The notes below the pieces were generated by a model. That model was not told the DNA's origin and did no database searches. It saw nothing but the letters and a program-made list of their open reading frames with translations. Below, piece by piece: positions 38,348-50,263 of a stretch of 64,000 nucleotides of DNA (within the stretch, counting starts at the first letter, position 1; every line of letters begins with the position of its first letter). The position numbers were made by a program, and so were the translations under genes. The DNA comes from an uncultured Chloroflexia bacterium (lineage in GTDB: Bacteria > Chloroflexota > Limnocylindria > Limnocylindrales > CSP1-4), in assembly GCA_963819655.1 (NCBI GenBank), contig CAWFXA010000003.1, positions 352,001-416,000 on the forward strand. Reading direction: 5' to 3'.

Positions 38348-40222
38348 ATGACCGACGTCCGCCCTAGCCTCGCCACGCCCTATCGGACGCACACCGCGGG
38401 GCAGTTGCGAGGATCGGACGCGGGCACCCAAGCTCGTCTCGCCGGTTGGGTGCATCGGCGTCGGGACCACGGTCAGCTGATCTTCCTGGACGTGCGCGAC
38501 CGCCGCGGGATCACCCAGGTCGTCATCGACAAGACCAATTCTCCAGAGGCGCACGCGATCGCGAGCCGTGTCCGGATCGAGTTCGTCGTGACCGTCGCCG
38601 GGGAGGTCGCCAGGCGACTTCCGGGCACGGAGAACCAGCGGATGCCGACGGGCGAGATCGAGCTCCGCGCCACCGATATCGAGATCCTGTCCGAGGCGAA
38701 GACGCCGCCCTTCTACATCAACGAGCCCGACAAGCCCGTCGACGAGAGCGTGCGGCTCAAGTACCGCTACCTCGACATCCGTCGCCAGCCGATGATCGAC
38801 CGGCTGCTGCTCCGCAGCCGGATGGTCCAGGCGATCCGGCAGGTGCATCACGCGTACGATTTCGTCGAAGTCGAAACGCCCACGCTGATCAAATCGACCC
38901 CGGAGGGCGCGCGCGACTTCATCGTCCCGTCGCGGCTCCAGCCAGGTAGCGTTTACGCGCTCCCGCAGAGTCCGCAGCAGCTCAAGCAGCTGCTGATGGT
39001 CGCCGGCGTCGACCGCTATTTCCAGATCGCTCGCTGCTACCGCGACGAGGACCTGCGCGGCGACCGCCAGCCGGAGTTCACGCAGCTCGACCTCGAGATG
39101 AGCTTCATCGACGAGGCGACCGTGATGGCCTTCGTCGAATCGATGGCGATCGAGGTTTCGGGGGCGACGACGCCCGACCGTCCGATCGCGTCCGACCCGT
39201 TCCCGCGCTTCACCTACGACGAGGCGTTGGAGCGGTTCGGCTCCGACAAGCCGGACGTCCGATTCGGGATGGAGCTCGTCGACATCGCCCCCGCCCTCCT
39301 CGGTGAGGGCGGCCAGCCTGCATCCGGCTTCCGCGTGTTCGACGAGGCGCTGGCCGCCGGTGGACGCGTCAAGGCGATCGTCGCGCCCGGGCAGGCGACC
39401 ATCACGCGTCGGGAGATCGACGGACTCACCGAGCTCGCGAAGCGGTTCGGCGCGAAGGGCCTGGCCCACCTCGCTTTGGAAGATGGCGAGGTCAGGGGTC
39501 CCATCGCCAAGTTCCTGCCGGACGATGTCCAGCGGGCGATCGTCGAGCGTACCGCCGCCGCCGAGGGTGATCTGATCCTGATCGTCGCCGATACGCCCGC
39601 CGTGACCGCCGAGGCCCTCGGCCGTCTCCGGGTCGAGCTCGGCGACCGGCTGCAACTCGCGGACCCGACGGTCCTCGCGTATGCCTGGGTGCACCGTTTC
39701 CCGATGTACCAGTGGGATGCCGAGAACGGCCGCTGGGACGCCACCCACAACCCGTTCAGCGGCGTCTTGCCCGAGGACGAGGAGCTGCTCGTCACGGCCT
39801 CAGGCGATCCAGCCAGGCCGTCGCCGGATGATCCCGCCGGTCGGGCGAGGGCGATGCAGTACGACCTCGTGCTCAACGGGTGGGAGCTGGGCGGCGGCTC
39901 CGTGCGCATCCATCGTCGCGACCTGCTGGAACGCAGCTTCCTGCTGCAGGGCCAGACGATCGACGGTATGCGCGAGAAGTTCGGGGCGATCCTCGACGCG
40001 TTCGAGTACGGCGCGCCGCCGCACGGCGGCATCGCCCTTGGCATCGACCGCTGGGCGGCGCTGTTCGCGAGCCAGACCAACATCCGCGAGGTGATGGCTT
40101 TCCCCAAGACCCAGTCGGGGAGTGACCCGATGCTCGACGCTCCCTCGCCGCCGGACCCGGAGCAATACGAGGAGCTCGGCCTGCGATTCGTCGGGCAGCC
40201 GTCGAAGGCGCCGCCCGGGTGA
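38348..40222 (+). CDS. aspS: Aspartate--tRNA ligase, probably non-discriminating (Asp/Asn)
   Basis: RRDHG, RLKYRYLD, EGARDF, LPQSPQ, RDED.R.DRQPEFTQ, PPHGG; His in RDHG and Gly in PGTEN match ND-AspRS signatures. Confidence 0.97.
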   Translation: MTDVRPSLATPYRTHTAGQLRGSDAGTQARLAGWVHRRRDHGQLIFLDVRDRRGITQVVIDKTNSPEAHAIASRVRIEFVVTVAGEVARRLPGTENQRMPTGEIELRATDIEILSEAKTPPFYINEPDKPVDESVRLKYRYLDIRRQPMIDRLLLRSRMVQAIRQVHHAYDFVEVETPTLIKSTPEGARDFIVPSRLQPGSVYALPQSPQQLKQLLMVAGVDRYFQIARCYRDEDLRGDRQPEFTQLDLEMSFIDEATVMAFVESMAIEVSGATTPDRPIASDPFPRFTYDEALERFGSDKPDVRFGMELVDIAPALLGEGGQPASGFRVFDEALAAGGRVKAIVAPGQATITRREIDGLTELAKRFGAKGLAHLALEDGEVRGPIAKFLPDDVQRAIVERTAAAEGDLILIVADTPAVTAEALGRLRVELGDRLQLADPTVLAYAWVHRFPMYQWDAENGRWDATHNPFSGVLPEDEELLVTASGDPARPSPDDPAGRARAMQYDLVLNGWELGGGSVRIHRRDLLERSFLLQGQTIDGMREKFGAILDAFEYGAPPHGGIALGIDRWAALFASQTNIREVMAFPKTQSGSDPMLDAPSPPDPEQYEELGLRFVGQPSKAPPG

Positions 40223-41202
40223 CCGGCCGGGACCAGGCGCTGACGACCGCCCCAGGTCTCGGCATCCCACCGCTCGACGCGATGGCCGCGCGACCGCGCC
40301 TGGCGGCCCTGGCCGGCGCGCTGTGCATCGCGTTCTCCGGGATCTTCTACAGCTTTGCAGAGGTGTCGCCGTCGACCGGGACGGTCTTCCGGGCATTGTT
40401 CGGGCTGCCGCTGCTCGTCATCGTCGCGATCGCTGAGCAGCGGCGCTACGGCCCGCTGCCGATGCGCTCGATACGGCTCGCGGCCGTGGCCGGCGTGTTC
40501 TTCGCTGGGGACCTCACTTTCTGGCACCACGCGATCGAGTACGTCGGCGCCGGGCTTGCGACGGTGCTCGGCAACCTGCAGGTGCTGATCGTCGGCGTCG
40601 TCGCGTGGCTGGTCTTCGGGGAGCGACCGTCGCGCGCGATCCTGCTCGCTGTCCCGATCGTGCTCGTCGGCGTCGTCCTCATCAGCGGGGTCGTCGGTGC
40701 GGGCGCCTACGGTGCAGATCCGGCACTCGGCGTCATCCTGGGCGTCGCGACCGCCCTGTGCTACGCCGGCTATCTGCTGATCATCCGCCTCGGCGGTCGC
40801 GACCCGCGCAGACCGGCGGGTCCGGTGGCGGTCGCGACGCTGAGCACGGCGATCGTCGCGGCGGCGGTCGGGCTGGTCGTCGGCGACCTCGACCTGACAC
40901 CGCCGCTCGCCAGCCTCGCCTGGCTCGCCCTCCTGGGCCTGACGTCGCAGTCACTCGGCTACCTGTTCATCTCGATGTCCCTGCCACGCCTTCCCGCCGT
41001 CGTGACCTCCATCATCCTGCTCGTACAGCCGGTGGTCACGATCGGCCTGGCCGTCGTGCTGCTCAACGAGCATCCGTCGATCGCCCAGCTCGCGGGTGTC
41101 GTCCTGGTCGTCGGTGGGATCGCGGTCGCGACGGTGCCGGTCGCCCGTGTCCGCGACGCACTCCGTGCCGGGAACGGGGAGCCGCTCAGCGCAGCCGACT
41201 AG
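40219..41202 (+). CDS. DMT/EamA family transporter
   Basis: About ten TMs, duplicated EamA halves, GERPS and L.E motifs. Confidence 0.9.
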   Translation: MTGRDQALTTAPGLGIPPLDAMAARPRLAALAGALCIAFSGIFYSFAEVSPSTGTVFRALFGLPLLVIVAIAEQRRYGPLPMRSIRLAAVAGVFFAGDLTFWHHAIEYVGAGLATVLGNLQVLIVGVVAWLVFGERPSRAILLAVPIVLVGVVLISGVVGAGAYGADPALGVILGVATALCYAGYLLIIRLGGRDPRRPAGPVAVATLSTAIVAAAVGLVVGDLDLTPPLASLAWLALLGLTSQSLGYLFISMSLPRLPAVVTSIILLVQPVVTIGLAVVLLNEHPSIAQLAGVVLVVGGIAVATVPVARVRDALRAGNGEPLSAAD

Positions 41203-41211
41203 GATGCCGGC

Positions 41212-41799
41212 ATGACCGTCGAGCAAGGGGAGCCGCACCAGGGAGACCCGGCGCAGGCGGACCGCCTGCAGGCCGACGCCGCCCGGCAGCAGGCCGGCGC
41301 CGCCCGGCAGCAGGCCGACGCGGCGAGCCGCCTCGACCAGTACCGCCGCTGGGCGAGGTTCCTGTTCGTCCTGCTTGCGATCGTAGCCGGCGTCGGTTTC
41401 GTGCTTCTCCTCGCCACCGCCCCGCTCGACCTGGATCGACTGCGGGCGTCATGGCCGCTCGTCGTGGTGATCGCGATCAACGTCGTGGCGACGCTCATCG
41501 TCTTGCTGAGCCTCATCCGGGGACTCGGCGATGGCGCGCCATGGGCCCTCCACGCGGTCGCACCCGTGTGCTACGTCCTCATCGCGGCCGGCCTGGTGCG
41601 GTTGCTGCTCTCTCTCGCGGGCGGCGGGCTGCTGATCCCGCTGGAGGCGCTCGCGGCCCTCCTGGTGCTGAGCCGTCCGCACGGCCCCGAGCTGCTGCCG
41701 ATCGCGAGCGATGACGACCGCCGCCGGGCCCGGCTCATCACCGTCGTGCTGTTCATCGTCTACCTCATCCCGTTGCTCATCGAGCTGGCCGGACGCTAG
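41212..41799 (+). CDS. Hypothetical membrane protein
   Basis: Five hydrophobic segments; 21-bp in-frame tandem duplication at 41278-41319 (AARQQA twice). Confidence 0.7.
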   Translation: MTVEQGEPHQGDPAQADRLQADAARQQAGAARQQADAASRLDQYRRWARFLFVLLAIVAGVGFVLLLATAPLDLDRLRASWPLVVVIAINVVATLIVLLSLIRGLGDGAPWALHAVAPVCYVLIAAGLVRLLLSLAGGGLLIPLEALAALLVLSRPHGPELLPIASDDDRRRARLITVVLFIVYLIPLLIELAGR

Positions 41800-41802
41800 C
41801 CG

Positions 41803-42222
41803 GCCAGAGCGTCACTGTGAGTGACGTTGTCACTGTGAGTGACACGATCGGCACAGCCGTGCACGATCGATCGCCCAGACGACGTCCATCTGCATCCTGG
41901 GCGATCGGCGCGTGCTCGTTCATCGCCAGAGCGTCACTGGGAGTGACGTTGTCACTGTGAGTGACACGATCGGCACAGCCGTGCACGATCGATCGCCCAG
42001 ACGACGTCCAACTGCATCCTGGGCGATCGGCGCGTGCTCATTCATCGCCAGAGCGTCACTGGGAGTGACGTTGTCACTGTGAGTGACACGATCGGCACAG
42101 CCGTGCACGATCGATCGCCCAGACGACGTCCACCTGCATCCTGGACCATCGGCGCGTGCTCGTTCATGGCCAGGACGTCACTCACCGCGACATCGTCACT
42201 GAGGGCGACAGCGGCACAGCCG
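41803..42222. repeat. Non-coding tandem array of 122-bp palindrome-rich units (3 full + 1 degenerate)
   Basis: Units start 41803, 41925, 42047, 42169; each has 2x GTCACT-nnn-AGTGAC and a CGATCGCCCAG...CTGGGCGATCG stem; between convergent genes. Confidence 0.95.
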
Positions 42223-42245
42223 TTTCCGACACGGACACGCGGACA

Positions 42246-42968
42246 CTAGCCCAGGTCGACGGCCGTATCGTCGGCGGCCTGCGGGAACGGGGCGAGACCT
42301 CGCCCCTCGCCCGGGACGTCTTCGTCGACGCCGCTCCCCGCGATGTCGTCGCCCCACTCATGGGTGTGACCGGCGGGCGGCTGCGGCGGCCCTTCGTACG
42401 GCGGCAGGTCGGCATAGGGCGTGTCGGCGTCGTACTGCACGCCCGGGTCGCCGACCTCGACAGTCCGCGTCCGAACCGCATCGGCAAGATCCGCGATGAC
42501 GTCGGGTGGCATGCGATCGGTGCCGATGGCGCGCAGGTGGTCGAGCGCCGACACCGGCACCAGCACCGGCCAGCCGGCTTCGCCCTGCCAGCCCGGTCGC
42601 AGGACCGTCGACGGATCCGTCCCGTGCGCCTCGATCAACGATGTGATCGTCTCGGGGCCGACCCAGACCATCCGTGCGGGCCACAGGAGCACGGCCGAGG
42701 TGTCCACGACCTCGGCACGGGCAAGTTCGGCGCCGTGCAGCATCTGCCCCGTGGGCCCGGACTCGTCTGGGGCAGGGGAGCCGTAGGTGGCCTCACTGCC
42801 GGTCAGCGACCGGGCCACGGCCCCGTCCGGATCCGGCGCGACGACCACGACCGGCAACGCGCCGCCCGACCACGCGACGTCGACCAGGCGGCGCACGCGC
42901 GGCTGCCCGAGCGTGTCCGCGACGGCACCCTCGGCGGTCGCGGACAGGATCACGGCGGCGACGGTCAT
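42246..42968 (-). CDS. MobA/MocA-like NTP transferase domain protein (divergent)
   Basis: MTVAAVILSA, G.P.VRR, G.AGWPVL, DADTP.D; lacks the LAAG.S.RM loop. Confidence 0.65.
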   Translation of the reverse strand: MTVAAVILSATAEGAVADTLGQPRVRRLVDVAWSGGALPVVVVAPDPDGAVARSLTGSEATYGSPAPDESGPTGQMLHGAELARAEVVDTSAVLLWPARMVWVGPETITSLIEAHGTDPSTVLRPGWQGEAGWPVLVPVSALDHLRAIGTDRMPPDVIADLADAVRTRTVEVGDPGVQYDADTPYADLPPYEGPPQPPAGHTHEWGDDIAGSGVDEDVPGEGRGLAPFPQAADDTAVDLG

Positions 42969-43027
42969 GGTGGGGTCGATGCTAGCAGGGGAGCCACCCG
43001 CCGACCGATGTGCGACACTCCGTCGCC

Positions 43028-44941
<1,914 letters not shown>

Positions 44942-44951
44942 CGTGGTGGCG

Positions 44952-46211
44952 ATGAGGCCGCGAGGCGTGCGAACGGCCACCTGGCGGCTGGGCGCCATCG
45001 CCTGCCTGGTCGCCTCCCTCGGGGTCATCGTGCCGCCCACGCCGGCGGCCGCCGCCAGCGATCGCTTGCCGGACCTGCGCTCGGCCGCGATCCGGGACCT
45101 GCGCATCGTGCGGTCCTCGAGCGGCCGCAAGCTGCTCCGCTTCACGAGCGAGATCCGCAACTACGGCGCCGGACCCTTCGAGGTCCGCGGCAACCGGCCC
45201 AACCCCAACGTCGCGTTCGACATCGACCAGATCCTGTACCGGACCGACGGCACGACCCGGCGGGTCGAGACGAATGCGAGCGTCGCGTACGCCGGGGACG
45301 GGCACAACCACTACCACGTCCGGCGGATGATGAGCTACCACCTGTGGTCGACGCGCGGGACCCTGCGCGACAGCAAGATCGGGTTCTGCTTCTTCGACAC
45401 GACCCCCCGGTGGCTGTCGTTGCCGGGCGCGCCAGGCAGCGCGCGCTATCGGGAAGCGACCTGCGGCACCCGGTCCTCGACCAGCACGCGGAGTGGCATC
45501 TCGGTCGGCTGGGGCGACCGCTATCCGTGGAACTTCGCGTACCAGTGGATCGACATCACGGGGTTGCCGTCCGGGACGTACACCCTGCGGTCGGCGGTCG
45601 ACCTGTTCGGCCTTTTCGTCGAGTCGTCCGAGACCAACAACTGCTCCTACGTCCGGCTGTCCATCAGCGGCAGCAGTGTTCGGGTCGTGGGCAGCGGTTC
45701 GTCGTGCGTCAACGACTACACCGGTACGCCCTACGCGGCCGACGTCCAGTGGGCGCTCGGGGCCGGGCTCGCGGCCGGCTGCGACCCGCTGCTGTTCTGC
45801 ACGTACAACGCGACCCTGCGCGACGAGCTGGCCGTGTTCATGTCGCGCCTGCTCCAGCTGCCGGCGACGACGGAGGACCTGTACGACGACGATGACGGCT
45901 CGCGCTTCGAGACCTACAACAACCGGGTCGGGGCCGCCGGGATCATGAGCGGCTGCGGCGTGCGCCGGTTCTGCGCGGGCGTCCGCGTGTCGCGCGCGCT
46001 GGCCGCTGTGACGCTGTCCCGGGCGCTCCAGCTGCCGCCCAGCTCGACCGACCATTTCACCGACGACGACGGCAGCGCGTCCGAGCCCGCTATCAACGCG
46101 GTCGCCGACGCGGGCCTCATCCCGCGCTGCGGGACCGGCCTCTTCTGCCCGTCCTCGACGGTCCTGCGCGGGCCGATGGTTCGCTATCTGCGGAGCGGCT
46201 TCGAGCCATAG
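44952..46211 (+). CDS. Secreted lysyl-oxidase-like protein with C-terminal SLH-like repeats
   Basis: Signal peptide, LPDL, LLRF, HNHYH, SKIGFCFFD, GISVGWGDRY, QWIDITGL..GTY, ESSETNN; three S-layer-homology-like repeats. Confidence 0.8.
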   Translation: MRPRGVRTATWRLGAIACLVASLGVIVPPTPAAAASDRLPDLRSAAIRDLRIVRSSSGRKLLRFTSEIRNYGAGPFEVRGNRPNPNVAFDIDQILYRTDGTTRRVETNASVAYAGDGHNHYHVRRMMSYHLWSTRGTLRDSKIGFCFFDTTPRWLSLPGAPGSARYREATCGTRSSTSTRSGISVGWGDRYPWNFAYQWIDITGLPSGTYTLRSAVDLFGLFVESSETNNCSYVRLSISGSSVRVVGSGSSCVNDYTGTPYAADVQWALGAGLAAGCDPLLFCTYNATLRDELAVFMSRLLQLPATTEDLYDDDDGSRFETYNNRVGAAGIMSGCGVRRFCAGVRVSRALAAVTLSRALQLPPSSTDHFTDDDGSASEPAINAVADAGLIPRCGTGLFCPSSTVLRGPMVRYLRSGFEP

Positions 46212-46278
46212 TGGCCGACGGTCCGACGAGCATCGTCAGGGGTGACGCGGGTCGGCGTGCCGATGTAGGGTGGGGCAC

Positions 46279-47445
46279 ATGACACATCGAACCGCCCGCC
46301 GACGCCTCCCGATCGTCGTCATCGCGGCCATGCTGCTGGCGTTGATCGTCCCCATGACAGCGGCGAGCGCCGCGTCGTTCACGCTCTCGTTGCCGCTCAT
46401 CACGAGCGGCTTCAGCAGCCCGACCCAGGTGACCAATGCCGGCGACGGCACGAACCGGTTGTTCGTCGTGGAACGGCGCGGCACGGTGCGCGTAGTCAGC
46501 GGTGGTGCGATCCAGGCGGGTTTCTTCATGGACATCCGCGGGCTCGTCCAGGACAGCGGCGGTGAGCAAGGCCTTCTGGGCCTCGCCTTCCATCCGAGCT
46601 TCGAGACCAACCACCGACTGTTCGTCTACTACACGCGCAACGGCGGCGACATCGTGGTCGCGCGCTATCTGACGAACGTCGCGGGCACGGCCGTTCGCCA
46701 CGAGACCGGCCAGAACATCATGGCGATCGAGCACAGCGCCGCGTCGAACCACAACGGTGGCGCCATGGCGTTCGGTTCGGACAGCTTCCTCTACATCGGG
46801 ACCGGCGACGGGGGCGGGTCGAACGATACGTATCGCAACGGTCAGAGCAAGACCAAGAACCTGCTCGCCAAGATCCTGCGCATCAACGTCAACGGGACCG
46901 GCGCCGGCTCGTACGGCCGATATTCCATCCCGACCACCAACCCGTTCCGCGGCTCGATCGCCGGCCGCGACGAGGTCTGGGCGTGGGGCCTGCGCAACCC
47001 GTGGCGGATCTCGTTCGACCGCGTCGGCGGGTCGCTGTTCATCGCCGACGTCGGCCAGAACCGCTGGGAAGAGATCAACCGCGAGCCAGCCGGCTACCGC
47101 GGCGGCCGCAACTACGGCTGGAGCGTCATGGAGGGCAAGCACTGCCTCCGCAGCGGCTGTTCGCTGTCCGGTGACACGCTGCCGGTCGCGGAGTACTCGC
47201 ACTCGTTCGGCTGTTCCATCACCGGCGGATACGTGTACCGCGGACCGACGCAGCCCAAGCTCGCCGGCTCGTACTTCTTCGCCGACTTCTGCAGCGGCCG
47301 GATCTGGTCCATGGCAGCCAACGGCTCGAGCCTGTGGCTCCGCCGCGACACGGCGCTCCAGATCACGTCCTTCGGCGAAGCCGAGGATGGCGAGCTGTTC
47401 GCGGTGACGATCGACGGGAAGCTGTACCAGCTCAAGCAGACCTAG
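46279..47445 (+). CDS. PQQ-dependent glucose/sorbosone dehydrogenase family protein
   Basis: Signal peptide, GEQGLLGLAFHP, NHNGG, GDGG, GLRNPWR, DVGQ...EE, NYGW, SITGG. Confidence 0.92.
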   Translation: MTHRTARRRLPIVVIAAMLLALIVPMTAASAASFTLSLPLITSGFSSPTQVTNAGDGTNRLFVVERRGTVRVVSGGAIQAGFFMDIRGLVQDSGGEQGLLGLAFHPSFETNHRLFVYYTRNGGDIVVARYLTNVAGTAVRHETGQNIMAIEHSAASNHNGGAMAFGSDSFLYIGTGDGGGSNDTYRNGQSKTKNLLAKILRINVNGTGAGSYGRYSIPTTNPFRGSIAGRDEVWAWGLRNPWRISFDRVGGSLFIADVGQNRWEEINREPAGYRGGRNYGWSVMEGKHCLRSGCSLSGDTLPVAEYSHSFGCSITGGYVYRGPTQPKLAGSYFFADFCSGRIWSMAANGSSLWLRRDTALQITSFGEAEDGELFAVTIDGKLYQLKQT

Positions 47446-47477
47446 CGTCCACCGACCGGACGTACAATCCGGCAGCG

Positions 47478-48662
47478 ATGCCGATCTACCTGGACCATGC
47501 CGCGACGACGCCTGTCCGGCGCGAGGTCCTCGACGCGATGCTCCCGTTCCTCACGGAGTCCTTCGGGAACCCGTCATCGGCGCACACGTACGGTCGGGTC
47601 GCCCGTGCGGGTCTCGATGACGCCCACGACCGGTTGGCGGCGAGCCTCGGCGTCGAGCCACGGGAGGTGGTCTTCACCTCGGGCGGGACCGAGGCGAACA
47701 ACCTCGCCCTGAAGGGCGCCGCGTGGGCGGGCAAGGCGCGCGGCCATCGGATCGTGACGTCGTCGATCGAGCACCACGCGGTCGGCCATGCCCTCCGCTA
47801 CCTCGAGAAGTTCGGGTTCGAGATCGTCGAGCTGCCGGTCGACCGCTACGGGCGGGTCGACCCGGACGAGCTGGAGGCCGCACTGACCGACCGGGTGATC
47901 CTCGTGTCGATCATGCTCGCCAACAACGAGGTCGGGACGATCCAGCCGATCGCCGAGATCGCCAAGCGCGTGCGCGGTCGGAAGGGGGTCCTCCTCCACG
48001 TCGACGCGGTGCAGGCGGCCCCGTACGTCGATCTGCAGCTTGCCGAACTCGGTGCGGACCTCGTCTCGATCAGCGGACACAAGTTCGAGGGGCCCAAGGG
48101 CATCGGCGCGCTGTACGTGCGCCACGGGACCCACATCCTCGCCCAGCAGCACGGCGGCGAGCAGGAGCGACATCGACGGGCCGGCACCGAGAACGTGGCC
48201 GGCGCGGTGGGCCTCGCGACGGCGTACGAGCTGTCGGTCGCGGAGCGTCCGGTCACCGTGAAGCGCCTGCGCTCCGGTCGTGAGCGACTGCGGAAAGCCG
48301 CGCTCGCCGTCCCCGAGACCGAGCTGACCGGCCACCCGACCGAGCGCCTGCCGGGCCTGTTGTCGATCATCGCCCGTGGAACCGACGGGGCAGCCGTCAG
48401 CCTGTCGCTCGACCTCGAGGGGATCGCGACCTCGGTCGGGTCCGCGTGTACGACCGGTTCGACCGAGGTGAGCCACGTGCTCTCCGCGATGGGTTATCCC
48501 GATGACGAGGCGCGGGGCGCGCTCCGACTGTCCCTCGGCCGGACCACCACCGACGACGAGATCGCCACGGCCGTCGAGGTCGTCCCGCGGGTCGTCGCCT
48601 CGATGCAGGTCGGATCGGCGTCGGTGGCGCGGGACCCGCTGGGCCAGGGAGTCGGCGTGTGA
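47478..48662 (+). CDS. iscS: Cysteine desulfurase (IscS/NifS family)
   Basis: [41 protein letters not shown]. Confidence 0.93.
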   Translation: MPIYLDHAATTPVRREVLDAMLPFLTESFGNPSSAHTYGRVARAGLDDAHDRLAASLGVEPREVVFTSGGTEANNLALKGAAWAGKARGHRIVTSSIEHHAVGHALRYLEKFGFEIVELPVDRYGRVDPDELEAALTDRVILVSIMLANNEVGTIQPIAEIAKRVRGRKGVLLHVDAVQAAPYVDLQLAELGADLVSISGHKFEGPKGIGALYVRHGTHILAQQHGGEQERHRRAGTENVAGAVGLATAYELSVAERPVTVKRLRSGRERLRKAALAVPETELTGHPTERLPGLLSIIARGTDGAAVSLSLDLEGIATSVGSACTTGSTEVSHVLSAMGYPDDEARGALRLSLGRTTTDDEIATAVEVVPRVVASMQVGSASVARDPLGQGVGV

Positions 48663-49807
48663 GCCGGATCCTGGTCGCGATGTCGGGCGGTGTCGATTCG
48701 TCGGTCGCCGCGGCGATCCTGCACGACGAGGGCCACGAGGTCGTCGGCGTGTGGATGCGCCTGCACGACGTCGCCGACAGCTACTCGGAGTTCAAGAAGA
48801 GCTGCTGCTCGCTGGACGCAGCCGATGACGCGCGCCGCGTGGCCGGCCAGCTCGGGATCCCGTTCTACGTCATGAACCTCGAGCGCGAGTTCGATGCCGG
48901 CGTCCTTCAGCCGTTCCTCGACGCGTACCTCGACGGACGAACGCCGAGCCCGTGCGTCGATTGCAATACCTACGTCAAGTTCGGTGCGTTGCTCGGCCGG
49001 GCACGCCACATGTACGAGTGCGATGCCGTCGCGACCGGTCATTACGCGCGACGCCTGGTCGGCGACGACGGTCGCGCCCGCCTCTATCGGGCGCGGGACG
49101 AGGACAAGGATCAGACCTATTTCCTGTACGGCCTGCGCACGGACCAGCTCGAGCACGCCCGGTTCCCACTCGGCGAGCTGACCAAGCCCGAGGTGCGCGC
49201 GGTCGCACGATCGCTCGACCTCGTGACGGCCGACAAGCCCGAGAGCCAGGAGATCTGCTTCGTGCCCGGCGGCGACTATCGGGACGCGTTGCGCACGCGA
49301 GCCGGCTGGCGGCCGCAGCCCGGACCGTTGCTGGACGGCGATGGGACGCCTGTCGGCGAGCACGCCGGCACCCCGGCGTATACGGTCGGGCAGCGCCAGG
49401 GTCTCGGGGTGGCGCTTGGGCAGCCGCGCTACGTGTCGCGCATCGACCCGCTCACGAACACCATCCAGCTGGGCCGCCGCGAGGATCTCGAGACGCGAAC
49501 GTTCACGGTCGAGCGGGCATCGTTCATCGCGCCGGAGACGCCGGTCGGCGCGTTCCGCGCCTCGGTGCGGATCCGGCACCGGGCCGCGCCGATCGAGGCG
49601 ACGGTCAGCCCGCTCGGTGATCGGCGCTGGACCGTTCGCACGGACACGCCGGTGTGGGCCGCGGCGCCGGGCCAGGCGGCCGTGTTCTACGACGGCGATG
49701 AGGCGCTCGGCGGTGGGCGGATCGCCGTCCCGGCTCGCCCCTCGATCGACCCGGAGCCGGCGCATCCGGAGCAGGCCCATCCGGAGCCCGCGCTCGCCGG
49801 CGCGTGA
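48659..49807 (+). CDS. mnmA: tRNA 2-thiouridine(34) synthase MnmA
   Basis: [45 protein letters not shown]. Confidence 0.97.
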   Translation: MSRILVAMSGGVDSSVAAAILHDEGHEVVGVWMRLHDVADSYSEFKKSCCSLDAADDARRVAGQLGIPFYVMNLEREFDAGVLQPFLDAYLDGRTPSPCVDCNTYVKFGALLGRARHMYECDAVATGHYARRLVGDDGRARLYRARDEDKDQTYFLYGLRTDQLEHARFPLGELTKPEVRAVARSLDLVTADKPESQEICFVPGGDYRDALRTRAGWRPQPGPLLDGDGTPVGEHAGTPAYTVGQRQGLGVALGQPRYVSRIDPLTNTIQLGRREDLETRTFTVERASFIAPETPVGAFRASVRIRHRAAPIEATVSPLGDRRWTVRTDTPVWAAAPGQAAVFYDGDEALGGGRIAVPARPSIDPEPAHPEQAHPEPALAGA

Positions 49808-50085
49808 CGATCGAGCCGTCGCTGGTGCTATCCGTGCTGGTCGGCCTCTTCCACGCCGCCGTCTCGGTGGCCATCCGCGGTTCGGCGGGCGGTCGGCTTC
49901 CGGCACTCGTCGCGGCCGCGATCCTCGGCGCCTGGGCCGGCGATGCGATCTTCGGGCGGCTAGGCATCGGGATCGTCACGCTCGGTGACTACAACCTTGT
50001 CGGGGCGTCGATCGTGGCCTGGCTCGGGATCGCGATCGTGTCGGTCATCGCGGTCCTGGGCCCGAACCCGGAACGACCCGCGTGA
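49804..50085 (+). CDS. Small membrane protein (3 TM)
   Basis: Hydrophobic, LGAWAGD motif, GTGA overlap with mnmA. Confidence 0.7.
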   Translation: MTIEPSLVLSVLVGLFHAAVSVAIRGSAGGRLPALVAAAILGAWAGDAIFGRLGIGIVTLGDYNLVGASIVAWLGIAIVSVIAVLGPNPERPA

Positions 50086-50228
50086 ACCCCGAGGATCGAT
50101 CCACCGCGAAGTTCCTGCGCGGCCTCACGATCGGAGCGATCCTCGGCGCACTGATCGCCGGATCGCGCATCTGGCGGATGCTCGAGCGTCGCGACCCGAA
50201 GACCCAGGGGCGCCGGCCGCAGGGCTGA
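50082..50228 (+). CDS. 48-aa single-TM protein (YtxH-like N-terminus), missing from ORF track
   Basis: [48 protein letters not shown]; GTGA overlap with upstream gene. Confidence 0.6.
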   Translation: MNPEDRSTAKFLRGLTIGAILGALIAGSRIWRMLERRDPKTQGRRPQG

Positions 50229-50263
50229 GCCACGGCGGCTCCGGAGCGCGGTGTTGCTCCGCG

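Noticed and set aside
41777-42108. Duplicate minus-strand ORFs MHGCADRVTHSD...
   Set aside because: By-products of the non-triplet tandem repeat; no SD or coding bias
41803-42222. CRISPR array interpretation of the 122-bp repeats
   Set aside because: Whole units are near-identical, so there are no unique spacers, and no cas genes are present
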